From the NCBI GenBank assembly GCA_964016885.1, contig OZ024743.1:238948001-239012000 (forward strand): DNA of 64,000 nucleotides, written 5' to 3'. Of the stretch, positions 12,598-28,020 are shown in pieces. The position numbers and the translations under genes were made by a program. The notes under the pieces were generated by a model. That model had not been told where the DNA came from. It was given only the letters and a program-made list of their open reading frames with translations, and ran no database searches. The stretch is from Eledone cirrhosa (taxonomy: Eukaryota). Numbering within the stretch: position 1 is the first letter of the stretch; every line of letters starts with the position of its first letter.

Positions 12598-13245
12598 TAC
12601 ATCTACGGCTAGCCAGCTCAGCGCCTATGGTGGTAAGTAAGTAGGTATCCCTAGGGCCAAACACACCAGAAGTCTCAATTGCTAAGGGCTCGACTGCAAA
12701 TCTGTCGGAGAGCGACCGATACTTGGAGAGTTTACCATCCCCAGCCTGAAGAGCAGCAGAACCTGGGTTAGTCGCAGACTGCACCAAAATGTGTATCTGC
12801 AAGTGGCATCCCAGATGAAGGGTTTACCACCGCGGAACGGGAAGATGGTTATACCGTCTGGCCTTTTGCCGTTCCCCTCGGTCCAGCCGAAAACGGCTCG
12901 AGCTGGGAGGGGAAGCCTGCAGGATCCAAGTATGCTTTATGACCTCGTTGGTGTGGAAAGCTGCCGGCACTAGAGCGATAAGAAAGCCGGTGGAGGCCGA
13001 AAGAGTCCACGCTGGATACGCAGCGATGTTTGTGTGGCTCGCAGATCCGGAGGTCAAGCCTCAGGGAAACCCCGATGCCCAGGCTATCATTGTCCAGCTG
13101 CGTGCCAGTAGAGAAGGAGGGTAAGGCACGGAGCCAGGCACCGCTGTGGGGTTTACTCATAATAGAGGCAGATGGAGAGGGCGAGGAGAGTGGGAATTCG
13201 ACTCTTCTGTCTTCGGACCCGGTCTGCAGCATCAGTTACACAGAC
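12598..13245 (-). mobile_element. CRE-like (restriction-like endonuclease) non-LTR retrotransposon fragment with inverted 3' UTR piece at 13150-13245
   Basis: SGAWL..LP...GTQLD..LRL..CEPH..; after frameshifts KRPDG.T.FP..GK..IWDATC; K.SKY.SL...[11 protein letters not shown]. Confidence 0.8.
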
Positions 13246-13718
13246 TTATACCAAGATTTGTTCTGCTATCAGCATTGTAATATCTTAAACTAGAGACACT
13301 TCCACATATATGTATATATGTACGTCAAATTGAACAAACAGAAGCTTTTTCACGTTTCTTTGACCTCTCATACTTGTCCTACATTCTAAGTTTCTTTTAT
13401 TTCTAATTCTATCTTCAGCTGGACGTTAGTAACCTTTCCTAATGCATCAAGCTTCAAGCTAATATATATCTTCATTGGACTGTATTGATTTACAGTGGGG
13501 GTTTTTTCTGTTTACTTTTTGCATATCCATCCTATTTTATATATAGTGAAAAATGGAACGGGAACAAAACAGAGAGGCAGTACGGACAAAGGTTTATTAG
13601 TTTCACGCTCTTGAGAGTGGGGTGGGTGGGGTGGGGAACATATATATATATATACATATGGGGAACATATCTATATACATATGTGGGGAACACATATATA
13701 TATATATGTGGGGAACAC

Positions 13719-13810
<92 letters not shown>

Positions 13811-13887
13811 GTTATTCCGGGTTGAATCTGAGGTAACCACAGTAAGTAAAGTACTCAATACATTGCAGAGTATAAAAGTTTTAATAT

Positions 13888-13976
13888 AGATGAGATTCTA
13901 CAGGACTAGAACTGCTTCATTCCTTAAAAATCCTGATGATTTCTAAGGAATGAAACAGTTCTAGTCCTGTAGAATC

Positions 13977-13982
<6 letters not shown>
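13888..13982 (+). ncRNA. Near-perfect hairpin whose right arm is a hammerhead core (13933-13970)
   Basis: ~45-bp inverted arms; CTGATGA t ttc taag gaa t GAAA c agttcta g TC ctgt. Confidence 0.7.
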
Positions 13983-14065
<83 letters not shown>

Positions 14066-14237
14066 CGTATACATACATATATATACATATATATATACGT
14101 ATATATATATATATGTATATATATATATAAATACATATTTACGTCTATATGTATTCATAAATATATATATTTACATATATGTAGACGTACAGAGGCATAC
14201 ACACATGCATACGCGAACACACACACATATATATATA

Positions 14238-14268
<31 letters not shown>

Positions 14269-15744
14269 ATATATGTGTGTGGACGTTTGTATGTGTGTAT
14301 GCATGTGTATTTTTATGTGTATATGTTTGTGTATATATAAATGTGTATATATGTGCGTTTATATATGTGTGTGTGTATATATATACATATATGTGTGTGT
14401 GTATGAATATATGCGTGTATGTATATATGTATATATGTGTGTATGTGTATGTATATATGTATGTATGTGTATGTATAAATGTTTATAAATATAAGTCTGT
14501 CTTTTTTTTTGCTTCAGTCTGCCAATCAATCGAGTTTAGATCCGAAGATTTCTAACTAGGGAATTCCGAACAGGAAATGGGATGACAAATAAGGAGATTC
14601 TATTATGGAAAGATGTCTTGCCGTTGTCAAGTGAAGCGCATTAGCAGCTGCCTGCACAGATTTTCGCCTTCGGCTCTAATGCGTCTGCGCAAGAAAAGAG
14701 CGCGGAAGACAGAAAAAAAAACGTGAGAGCGCGGGAAAAGATTCATAACTAAACTGAAAGGGATTGAATGACACGATTGAAGGGGACGTCTTCATTGTAG
14801 GAAACGATATATATATATAGAGAGAGAGAGAGAGAGGGGTAGAGAGAGGGAGATACATACACACATACATATAAACATACATACACGCACACATACACAC
14901 ACATATATACACACACATACATACATATATACGTACATTCATTCATACATATATACACAGACACATATACAAACTTTATTAGTGGAGAAGGTCCTCAGCT
15001 GCTAGGTTTGAAGGTACATCCACAAAAACAAACTGCCCGTTTTACCACTGGATATCGGTTACGGATGCTCACTCTCTCTCTCTCTTTCTCACTTTATTTT
15101 TCTCTCTCTTTCTCTCACCCACACCATCTCTCCCTACTTCACACTCTCTCTCTCTCTCTTCTTTCCAACCTCTCTCCGTCCCTCCCCCTCTCTCCGCCAC
15201 TCCCCTCTCTCTCCTACAACATATGTCTCCCCCTCTCCTCATACGCTCTCTCACTCTCCTTCACCATGCGCTCTCTGTTTATTTCCCCCGTCACCTTCAC
15301 AAGGTTCAGTGTCCTTCTTCCATCTTCCGTTGCAAATGTCAAACTCATTCATGTGGAACGGACGACTAATCAATCAATTGGACCCAAATCGTTATTGACT
15401 TGTCTCTAAAAATACTTAAGTGATCTTGTCTCAAGAAATATGTCTGCCAAGTGTCAAGAGAGTGGCTAACCTAATGATAGAACCTGGATGAGAAAAGTCC
15501 CATAAAAATATGATTAAAATAAAATCTTGTGACTCAGGCCACTGTTTAGTATTAAGAATTTGGATAATTAACATTAAATCGAAAAGGCGGAAGTCAACAA
15601 TGAATAAATAAATAATGATTTCTGATTTAGACACAGGTCCAACAATTTATGGGAAGGGGAAGTCGATTACATCGACCTCGGTACGTGACTGGTACTTTAT
15701 TTCATCGACCCCGTAAGGATGAGAGGCAAAGCTAACATTTCAAG

Positions 15745-17330
15745 CCAAAAGAAGATGGCCGGTCGATCTTCACTATGGGCTTGTCCAATAGCCAGATCCG
15801 TTCTACACCCGACAACAGCTGTTCGACATAACTCCACGAGTGAGTAATGAACGGACACTAGACGGGTGCATGCAGAACGCTTTTGTCGTCTGCGCGTCTG
15901 AAAACACTTCCGGCCCTGTTGTGTTTATCTCGAACCGGCAATGCTCCCCGACAACAATGCCAAGCGAGGGATTTCTGGAAGTTATCCATAGTCCCCAACT
16001 CGAAAGTACTACGGAACAGACCGATCAGTTCGGCTTAGTCGACACCCAAGCCTCTCCGATTGCGTCGTCGCTCTTAATCCCCACTAAACTTCTATAGAAA
16101 TCGGGAGTGGAAGTTCTACTGATCGCATTGCGTGCCTGATAGAAGGCAGTGAGTGCCTGGCAACATTCCAGATGCCAGGCGCCCTGTTTCGGTCTCTTAT
16201 TGACCCAGGATGACAACTCAGTCAAGGAGACGAGCTCCGGAAAGGCTTGTCTCAAAAACGGTGACCACATCTGTTCACCATTTAAGCAGACTATCTGGAG
16301 ATGCCGCAGCTTCAGCGAAGGATTGCACATCATTAGCCATTGCCTTACAAGCCCTCCAGGTAGAGGATGCTGGCAGCGATGGACTGCGTCACCCACGGAA
16401 CCTGTCTCCTCTACAAGAAGCTGAAGATGCGCGAACGGATGTAAGGCACGATGGTCAGGTGGCATTAGATGACGGACGCGATTTACACGTTCGCCAACTC
16501 CACCCGATCTTTCTGAGACAGATTCCTCTCGGCCTATTTCTGGGTGAGAGTGTCTACCCTCGTTACAGTTCTTATCCACCTTGTGGTCTGTCAGAGCCAG
16601 ACTCTGGACAACTCTACCGGTCCGTCCGTCCGTCCTGTGGCCGACAACGCTTTTGGACAGCATGGACTTGCCTATCCAGTTACCGAGCGGCGATCCCACC
16701 GAATCATCAGGCTTGATCCCTAATCCCGTCAACGTTTAATATTCTTCTAAAAAGTTGCCAGCCACCTCGATTTCCAATCGACGCAACATGCTGACGCAGC
16801 CTTTATACGTCCCGGTTCGAGTGAGATGACCTGCAACAGCTCCAGCTTCTGTAGTGGAGGATTGAGAGTCACTACGTACAGAAGGGATGAAAGAGGGTAT
16901 GATTGACGAATTGAGAGTGCAGTCTGGAACAGTTTCGTAATGTGGGCATTTACTTTGACCACCGAACTGACGCCGTTGTGCATTGCAGCGATCCAACCTC
17001 AGAAGACGGGACCGAAACCGGCTACCTTTATGTTAGCCTAATGTATAGATGGTTGATCCTATCGAAAGCTTTTGATTGCTATAAATTGATCAGACCTCCA
17101 CCGAAGCTAAGTATAGTCCCTACCTACTCTATGATATAGCGCATGAAGTGTATAGACTTGGTCTGGAGTGACTTACCAGACACTTGATGACAAGCACCAA
17201 CCTCGTTGCTAGCATCTTGGTTAACATTTTAAAGTTTGTGTTTAGCAAAGTTATGGGCCGGAAATTATCTATAACGCCTTTTATATTTTCGTCTTTCCTC
17301 ATCGTTGTTACTACGCCCCGTCTCATAGAA
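15745..17330 (-). pseudogene. Degenerate L1/Tx1-clade ORF2 relic related to the 52-62 kb elements
   Basis: NFRPITLLNT..K.L.K.LA.RL; SIRQ.YPLSSLLYV; CQHP..GGL...WLMM..LKLRHL; ELVSLTEL.SWV.KRPK.GAWHLECCQALTA. Confidence 0.9.
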
Positions 17331-18004
17331 TGACATTGCTCAATAAATGGAGGACTGGTGACATTGCCCAATAAATTGAGAACTGTGAACACTTAATTTT
17401 CCAGAAGCCAGGCTTAACTCAACACATTACTCACATCTATGTGACGAATTATGGGATAATGCGCTTGAAAAAGGGACACCGTTACTTTTTACCTCTTAAG
17501 AATCTCTTCGAGTGGGGCAGCCATAGTGAATGTCTCTGTTCAATCAGCCACGGCATATCCAGTTCTACTCGTAGAGGGAACGGAAGCTATTAGTTGCGAA
17601 AGCTATTCCTACCACACGAGGTGAAGAAGATAACATTTCAATCTGCTCAGACGAAAGTGGGTTAAAACATATATAATGGGAGCGATATACGATTTCGTTT
17701 CATTTCGACCTTTTAATAATAGATTCCTCTCAGATGATGCCAGCTATCTTGCTCCTAACCCCTCCCAATTCCTATTCACTTGAAGAACCGACCGTACCTA
17801 GTACATAGTAGCTTGCAGGTCACAAGGCCCAGCTCCATAAAACCCTAGCCGATGACGTGGCCTTGCCTTTTTAGGTGTTGAACTTCAAGCTCACCAACTT
17901 TCCAGTGTTGTTAGAGAGTGTGAGGTTGTATTGGCAAAATGACAACATTCTTGGACTGGGTGGTATTCAGACTCTCTCTCATATTGTTAGTACTTCACTA
18001 CCTC

Positions 18005-18360
18005 AATACGTACAACTGACACTGCACACCAGGTCCGAACACAGACGAGCCGAACTCCCACTGTCATCGCCTCCATCACTCTCGCCCTCCCCGTCTCTCT
18101 GTACTATTAACAAATGGGGTCCTACGTGCTGGCCGCCCCACGGACTCGGCGCATAGAATGGAGAAGGCGTTTCCTCGAAAGACGATAAGGGAGATGCACT
18201 GGAAGAGCTATTCCATCTCGCGAGGCTCACATCTCCGGCTAGCCAGCCTAGTGCCTATGGTGGTAAGTAGGGAGGTAGCCCTTAGCTCCAAGGACACCAG
18301 ATGTCTCCACTGCTAGGGGTTTGACTGCAAGCTCGGAGAGCGACCGATACTTGGTGAGTT
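18005..18360 (-). mobile_element. CRE-like LINE 3' end (ORF terminus plus 3' UTR)
   Basis: TKYRSLSE..KPLAVETSGVLG...LASRRCEPREM..LFQCISLIVFRGNAFSIL then UTR. Confidence 0.75.
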
Positions 18361-21300
18361 GTTTGTTTCTGTTTTTCACCTGGACTTTCATTAGAATGGC
18401 ACTCACAATCTTTACTACAGTAATATTCGTCACCATTATGAAAATGCCATCCGTATTACTAACATGGCTTCCTCACATCCCAGTCCAACCGTGATGCATC
18501 TCAATACTTCTTAGTTCCACAGTAGCAATTCAATAATGATTACATACAGAAGAGATTGATGTCATATTGGATGAAACTACAGCGTGATAGAAGACAGTTC
18601 TGATAGTGTCTCTTTATTCTGGCCACCCATCAGGTGCAACTCTCTACGTGACTGATCCAGCCTCCGAAAACTAGACTGAATCCGGTTGAATTGAGGCTAG
18701 CTGTCATGGTACGACGTTTAACTGAAAACTGCACTGAAACCATTTGCACTGAGGGCAGCTATTAAGTTGTGACATGTAGCTTATCGAAATCATTTGACTA
18801 GTGGAAATATATCATTACTATGCTTGAAAAGATGCTTTGTTGTATTCATTCCAGCTCTTTGTATTATGTGTTCAAATCTCACTGTAACCATAGACGGGTT
18901 TGGATATTCATCATGTACACGCTTGTAGTTAAACATGGATAGTGTAAGTGCGATAGTATTATTGCAATTCATGATATCCAACACGCCGAGGGCAGAAGAT
19001 ATCTGATGATGATGAAGTTTTCGAATGTTATATTATCTAAACAATTCTATTACCGTTACGATCTGAGCCAGATATTCTTGTATGCTTAATTAAATATTCA
19101 TATATTATTATTTTGGCCAGTAACATTTTGTTTTGCTGATGAGGTCAGAATAACGTGAACACAACTCCGGAGTCGTCGTCTCTAGTTGCTGGAAAAATTA
19201 ATATAAAATTTGTCATTCATTGTTTATTTTGCATTCTCCCTATAAACATTTTTACTTATTTGTTTGTAATGATCTATGCATTAAATTGTGACATTAACCG
19301 TACCATTATTTTACATACTTGTGGCGTTTTAAATTTGAGACAAGCGAACAAGATGTCCTCCTTATGTTCACACAAGCGGATAGATATAACTGCCAGAAAT
19401 ATCCTTCAAATGACACCCTATTATCTTGAGCGAGAGGGAGTGTTAGAGAAAAGGGCGATGGAGAGTGAGGGAGAGAAAAAGAGAGAGAGAGAGTGAGAGA
19501 AGAGGAGAGAGAGGGAGAGAAAAAGGACAGAGTGAGAGAGAAAGTTAGAAGGGGAGGGAGAAGGAGAAAGCTCATTGGATAATGTAATTAGATATAAATT
19601 ATAACAGAAAACAAACAAATATAAGTGTACTGTCCTTTGCTTGACTTATTAAGTCCGACGATTTTGATAAGTTTGCAGAATCACTGAGCATCGCCGTCGC
19701 TGCTGCCACCACCAACATCACCACCACCACCACTACCACTATCATCCCATCCCCACCACCACCACCACCGTCACCACCACCGTCGCTACTATCACCAATA
19801 ACAACATCATCACCGCTACCACCACCACCGTCACCATCACTCCCACCAATAAATGCGCGAAAAAATGGGATATTTGCACAATATATCAAATACTACAGGT
19901 TTAACGTACAAATGCAGGTATCACTTCCTGTGAGAAATAACTAAATCTCTCTTAACGTGGTTTTCTTTAAAAAAAAAAGATACTTTGGATAACGGGGCTT
20001 GGGGATATACAATATTTTTTTCTGTCTGGAGCTAAATATGATAAATTTCAGAAAGAAAGTTACATAGCTTAGGATAATTTCTTTGATAAAATGAGCCCCT
20101 ATGCAAACTTCAAGGTAACCTGGTGAAGAACTAACCTAAAGCTTGAAGCATAATATATATTAAATATCTGAAATAAAAAAAAATGCAAAGGGTTTATGAC
20201 TGGAACGACTTCAATCATAAGCCTACTCAATCAGGGTTAAACAAAAGTAACATAATCAACCCCAATAAAACAATATGGAAGGATGAATAGAAGAGGTATT
20301 GCAAATATTATGTCCAACTACCAGGGGAAATAACAAACGGATACTTCGTAGATTATGTTACTTTTCATATCAAAATATTATTGCAAATGGAAGTTTGAGA
20401 TTTTCGACTTATTAATTTCTATCTAATAAGTGCGGCTGCTCAAATTACTCATTGGCGGGTACATGCGATATATTTCCGGTTTATAGTGATATAGCTGATT
20501 GTAAAGTCACTTCCTTTGTTACAACACTAGGAATAAGTATCAGGAGCGTTAGCAATAATACAAACAGGAGGTTATAACTAGAAAAAAGCAGGCATTTCTT
20601 CTTAGATAAAAATAACTGTTATATTCGATGTAGTTCAACCAACTTATGCATCTCCGTGTGCATGCTTGCATGTATGTGTGTGCATTCATGTACGCTTGTA
20701 TGCATGTATGTATACTTGTATTCATGCATGTTTCTAGGCATGTGTGTATGCATGTGTGTATGTATGAATGCATGTATGTATGCACATATGTAAGTATGTA
20801 TGTATGTGTGTGTATGCATGCATTTATGTATGAATGCAGGTGTGTATGCATGTATGTATGAATGCATGTGTGTATGCATGTATGTATGTATGAATGCATG
20901 TGTGTATGCATGTATGTGTGTATGTTTGTATGTATAAATATCATGTCAGGTTGCTCTCGAGTGCTACTGGTAACTTGTAACCTAGTATAACCTGGGTCAT
21001 GGTCGGGTCGTCGGCGACTAAACCGGCAACCCCACCAGTGAGGAGGGTGATATTTACTTGGTGAGGAGGGTGATATTTGGACACCCTGCGAGGTGAAATA
21101 CAAGACCCGGCAACGGGCGGAGGAACTCAGCAGAGTCAACTGTCATCCAAATAGTACTTTTCTGTTCTTTTCTTTTTTTTTCACCTGGGAGTGAAAGGTC
21201 CCAAGTTCTTATCACAACACCTTTCTAGGACAATGAAACATTCAAATAAAAAAAAAAATCTGCCGCTTCAGCAGCATCCGATGATGTTGACCAGTCCTCC

Positions 21301-22036
21301 TTTTCGGGTAGTGTTTTCGATACTCAGATAGTGGGATTGGTCGCGTGCAAGGCCTTTCCCCACTTAAAAAACCTTCAAAGTACAGGCACTGTTAGTTCAG
21401 GATCTGTTACAGGTTTGTGTAGCTGGCCGTAGCCTAAAAGTGCACCAAACTCTATAATCTGACAAGCGATTGCAGTACTCTTAGCAGAGTTTGCAGCCAT
21501 CATGTATGTATATGTATGTATGTATGTATGTGTGTATGTATGTACGTACGCAGTGAATTGTGAGTAGTTAAAAGATAGGACACCATTCGTAGCGGTCTTT
21601 GTTTTCTGCGCCAAATTCATATCCCAATGACCTCAATTTTATCTTTCATCGATTCGTGATCGATAGTCAAGTACGATTCTAGTACAGCTAATTTTCAGAC
21701 TTGTCACCTCCTGTCAAACCTGATGCATGGTGGTATTGTGTATCAATGTTTGCATTCTAATGTCAAATCCCGTTGTGGCCTGCGTTCGTATTTGAATTAA
21801 TTAAAACTACCTGACTCTATGATACAAGCAATTGGACCAAGTTTGGGGATAAATTACTTTCTGCCTATTATCCCTTTAGAGGCACTGAAAAAAAAGGTCA
21901 CTGGCACTGCCCTTCGCTCTTTGACTTGCCACTAAATATTTATAATATGTACATATACATACATACATATATATATATACATATATATATATACATACAT
22001 ACATATACATACATATATATATACACACACACATAT

Positions 22037-22067
<31 letters not shown>

Positions 22068-22072
<5 letters not shown>

Positions 22073-22190
22073 AAAGAGACAGGGTCCCGACGGCTGAGCT
22101 CCGGCCGTTTCGACAGTTAGATCAGATACCCTAAGTATTAAGTAGTCTGGTACGTTACGGTCCACCCGGTATCTTACCACACCCTCTTGG

Positions 22191-22195
<5 letters not shown>
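22068..22195. mobile_element. Short inverted pseudo-LTR fragment between (TA)n tracts (family also at 36175-36295 and 43541-43762)
   Basis: Shared gaaacggccggagctcagccgtcggg and ggtccacc.ggtatcttaccacaccctct blocks. Confidence 0.75.
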
Positions 22196-22243
<48 letters not shown>

Positions 22244-24150
22244 AAGAGAGAGATTGATATAGATATATACACATACGTGTATGTGTACATATTTGTATAT
22301 GTGTAAGAGGTAAACATGAATTTAGAAATCAATTGCGTGTTGCGTAAAGGGTGTACGTAAGAAAACATTATGAATAGAATTTGCCTCTCAGATACAGAAA
22401 GGATGTATGCAATGCAAAAGTGATACGGGATATATTTGCAAAAGATTAAGAATGTATTATATAAAACTACTTTTCATGATTAAGAGAAATTATATTTGTT
22501 AGTAAAGAAGATGATATCAATGGACATGTTTTGTTATCATTGAACCTCGTCAGCGAAGTTGTCAACACAAATACACTTGATCAGCTGATAGAGATATTTA
22601 CACAGAAGAAGTGTTGCTGACATATTCGACCAACAGTAATTTGCATGATATTAATAAGATTAAGCAATATCTTATATAAAATCATGCTATTGCTAATAAA
22701 TTTGCTTTTTAGTACACGTATATGTGTTTATAATTTTTGCTATATAATGATTGTATTTATGACAATTACAGCTTATTTATATTCTATTAAAATACTACCG
22801 TTCATGTCTTTCTTTCATGTCAGCCATTTCAGTTACAAGATAACGGCTGTAAATTACAGCTGCTATTCAGTATAGTGCAGAATTCTTGCTAATGGCCAGA
22901 CGCATTTCCTTTAACTTGCTTGCAGCTTGGATTTATTGAATGGAAATTACGCTACGATGAACTTTATGGACTTTTCATTATTGCCGAAACTTCAATAAAT
23001 ATAACGTGATAGCATCGAATCAATTAACTATACAAATGCCACTCAAAGGAAAGTGCCTGTAATATAAATTAAGAATTTTGTTATAAACACTAAAACCGAC
23101 ATGTTTTTAAAAGTACAATATACTCATTGAAAATTGACCTATCTTTTAATTAGTGTATATTTTATCAAATCCGAAATGTCAGTTTCTTTAATGATACTAT
23201 CAATTACCCCTTAAGTTTACAAACAAATTATGCCGAACGGCACATTGTGTCCTTGGGCAAGGGGTTTCATTTCAAGTTGTTTCAGTTTACTCAGCTAAAA
23301 ATGAATACCAGTACTTTTTAATGTCATCATCATAATCATGATGATCATCGTGATCATGATCATCACCATCGTCCTCATCATCATCATCATAATCATCATC
23401 ATCACTATCATCGTCACTATTATCATCACTATCATCACTATTACCACCATCACCATCATCAACAGCAACAGGTTGAATGCCATGAATCCTTATCACAGTC
23501 TTTCTTGTGATGCATTTATACACTCACTGTATTTAAAGTCTGCGGAATTCTTAATATTCTCTAACCCCATAGCTCTTTTAGAATCTTCACAATGTTGGCA
23601 TATTTGCAAACTTAATTAAAAAGTTAAATTGCTGTTTAGAGCTTAAGACTAAACATGGCTTGACAACATGTTGAACATATTTATCATTTAAGTACTGCGA
23701 CATATCTTGCAACAACATGGAGAATAAAATAGCAAACACACATGTATATATCTGAGACATAATTGGATAAATAAGATAGAACAATATAATTATAAACTAT
23801 GTTTATTATAACAGTCCCTAGGTGTATACGAACAGCTCAGATTTCACCATACAAATTTTACAAAGTTCTGGAGCGTACCTACATAAACGTGCAATTGTTT
23901 GAACTGATTCATATGCAACTCTGAAGAAATGTTTCTGTAAGGAATTTAGTACACCATATAAAGGCGTTAGACCTATTGCTCTTGACAAATAAATTATGAA
24001 AAAGTGCTGCTCTGGGGTATAGAATTTTGAAGAAAACAACCGAAGTATGTATAAATGAAAAGAGAAATATGGAAAAATAAAACTTTGCAAAACACAAAAG
24101 TAGATTTATCCTTCATCTGCTCAACGTGTGATAAAACTTGCCTTAATAAT

Positions 24151-24337
24151 TGTTTCTACTTTTGGCACAAGGACAACAATTAACCAGAGCATTACTGGTA
24201 CTTTATTTTATCGACCCCGTAAGGATGAAAGGCAAAGTCAACCTCGGCGGGATTTGAACTCAGATCGTTAACGGACGTAACTATGCTGGAAAGAATGGCG
24301 TCCGACCCTCTACCGATACTGCCAATCCACCGCCTTT
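24151..24337 (-). mobile_element. Full-length SINE with 20-bp TSD
   Basis: TSD ataaaac(t/g)tgccttaataat at 24131-24150 and 24338-24357. Confidence 0.92.
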
Positions 24338-25994
24338 ATAAAACGTGCCTTAATAATGCTGACTTATCTTCACGTCTCATAACTCCTCTTCATACAGTTG
24401 GTCCAAATTCACAAACTTCTTTTCAGCAGACATTGTCATATGTTATATAATTATAGGAAGACATGTAAACCATACACCGGTATGAAAAGGTATTTAAACA
24501 TCCACAAACCAGATAAGACACACAATACTGTGCACTGGAGTTGAGGCATATATGCACTGTTATTAATGCAGCTATCGGGACTCAAGAGCCACTCACGTGT
24601 TCATGCATGGAAAAAGCACGCCCAGCGAGAAGTGTTCGAGCTTTGAATAGGAGAATTCTATATGTATGTATATGTGTGTGTATATATGTGCTATGTGTAT
24701 TTATACGTGTGTGGAAGTGTGTGTGTGTGTGTATATATATGTACGTACGTGTGTATGTATGTGTATGTGTGTGTATCTATGTATGTATGTTTATGTATGT
24801 ATAGCGATTCACTAGAGCTGGTTTTGGTTTTATTCTTTTCATTCAGACACTGGTGCATCAATATCTAAAAGCCACGATATATTTGACCATCTCTACTGGA
24901 AAATAGTAAGGCTTCACAAATAGTGGCTACTAAGCTATTCAGTGTTTAAGGAGAACATGGCATATTTATGTTATTATTGTTGTTTTTCTCATTATTTAAT
25001 CGCAAGTCAGTCTTGATCGAGTAGAACTAAGATTCAAGACACTTCAGGGCTGACCGCTTCCCATATTTTATTCAGATATTGTGTATCAAGAAACACATTA
25101 TCCAATATGACCTTTTTTTTCTCTTTTTGAAAGACAGTACAATGTGATTTGAGGGGAATTGGTATGATATTTCTTCCAGGTTTAACAGGAGGCTCCTTTG
25201 TTGGCTCATTGTAAATTAATAATGGATAAAGCTCATGCAGCGCGTTTGCGGATGATATCTTACATTATATTACTGAAGCTTCCAACCCCTCCACAATGAG
25301 TGTAACACGTACTCTTTACTTTTCGCTCGATATACGTATTGTCGTCTTTCTTTTTGGCAAAATAACCAAGACCAACACCTTCACATTTTACATTCGAATT
25401 GACGCGCCGATTGTTCATAACAGGATGATGTATATGTGATGTATCTATTAGATAAAAAATAACTAATTTGATTGATAAGAATCACGGGCTACTTCGATTA
25501 AAAACGTAATTTGTCATCTATTCTTCATTTTTATACCAAATAAAATAACGCTTTTTGCGTTGGGTCTGTCCGAAATAGACAGCACAACACTTGGTCAGAA
25601 CTTTAGGCTTTTTATACGAAGCTTCAGAAAGTGATAATTTAGATTGAACATATTGGCCAGTTTGTGAGTAAATTAACTATTCATCTCCCAGTTGCCAATC
25701 ACCTCGGATATCCAAACCATCGATCACCTTTTGACTCCATTTAGCAGGATATTTGTCACACGATGAATCGCTAATTAATTTATTTTCACAAAAATAGGAA
25801 GCACCTCGGGCAATTAAGTCTAGCATGGGCATCTCTGGAAATTTCATTAAAACGTCAAAACATTAAAAACAAAAGAATGTGGAAGTAAATAGTTGTTTTG
25901 GGGGGCTACTGTGATTTTGAGGAATTACGCACACGTACACACACACAGTCACTTCCATCCAACTACATATGCATACATACAGACGCACACCCTC

Positions 25995-26610
<616 letters not shown>

Positions 26611-26611
26611 G

Positions 26612-26643
<32 letters not shown>

Positions 26644-26675
26644 TACATATATAATAATATATATATATGTATATG

Positions 26676-26748
<73 letters not shown>

Positions 26749-27289
26749 ATAATAATAGATTTGAAGACTAAAATCCAAAGAGGGCTCGATAAGGATAAAT
26801 ATATATCAAATATATAAGAACCGTAGAGCAAATAAATATATATATATATATATATATAGTTTAGAGGAGGATGTTTACTGTTGTGAGAAGGAGAAACATG
26901 CAAACTTTGTAACCCTTTTAAGAGCATCTGAGACTGATGAGTGGTAAGATAGGAGGGTATTTTCAACCCAGGGACTTGACACGTGGTGTTGCGTAAACTC
27001 CAGTAATGCCACACACGGGCCATGTGAAAGTGGGCGACGGATTAAACCGAACTACCAAAGAAACTAGAGTGGAATTTGAACGCAAAATGCATAGAACTGC
27101 AGAAAACCACGCAATGCATTTTATCTGACTCTCTAACACTTCCGTTAGTTATCCGATTTTGACTAATATTTTTTGGATACTGAATGGATTTGAACTCAGG
27201 TCACAGAGTCAGAGAAAAATACCTCAAGAAATGTGTATGATTGATTAAATCAATTCCTGTGTGTTTGCCTAGGGCGTATTATATAGAGC

Positions 27290-28020
27290 GAACACAGCAT
27301 GGCCGAATGGTTAAGAAATTCGCGTTGCAAATCTAAAGTTCCAGTTTTGATCTCAGGGCGTGCCATGTAATATAGCCTCAGTCAACCCATATTGTTTGAA
27401 TGAAATTAATTAGTGGGAACCTTTCGGAACACAGTCCGAACTGTACCTGTAATTCAAATGGCTAGCCTAGTCACGTTTTTAGACCTCTGTAAATATAAAC
27501 GCAAAAATGGTGGCCTTGTGCCTAAATCAGAAACCATTATTAACCGTTGTAAAGGGCGGTGGATTGGCTGTATCAGTAGAGGACCGGACGCTATACTTTG
27601 CAGCATAGAGTTACGGCCCTTTATTATCTGAGTTCAAATCCCGCCGAGGTTAACTTTGCCTTCCATCCTTACGGGGTCGATAAAATAAAGTATCAGTCAC
27701 GCACTGGGGTCGATTTAATGGACTTTCCTCTCCCCGCAAAAATTGCTGGACTTGAGTCTATATAAGAAACCATTATTAACCGTTGTAAAGCGATGGATTG
27801 GCAGAATTGGTAGAGTGTCGGATTAACCACAATTATGGTGTTTGTTCTGGTTCTTTACATATTCTGTTCAAATCCTGCCGATGTCAACTTTGTCTTTTAT
27901 CCTTACATTTCGACAAAAAAAAGTACTAGGGAAATAATGGGTTTCGTTTAATCAACGTTGCCCTTCCTCTAAAATTTTGGAGGTGCCTAAAATTTTGCCT
28001 TGTACCTAAATTTAAAAAGA
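27290..28020 (+). mobile_element. Head-to-tail cluster of three SINEs; middle young copy ~27553-27775 with TSD
   Basis: ttaaccgttgtaaag duplicated at ~27540 and ~27776; tRNA box A/B heads. Confidence 0.8.

Noticed and set aside
14500-14800. Unique-looking segment as exon or promoter
   Set aside because: No ORF, splice or motif evidence I can support
19003-19210. Two CTGATGA motifs with downstream AATT
   Set aside because: Stems mismatched; at best heavily decayed
26934-27035. CTGATGA...GAAA
   Set aside because: No stem III/UH/stem I closure
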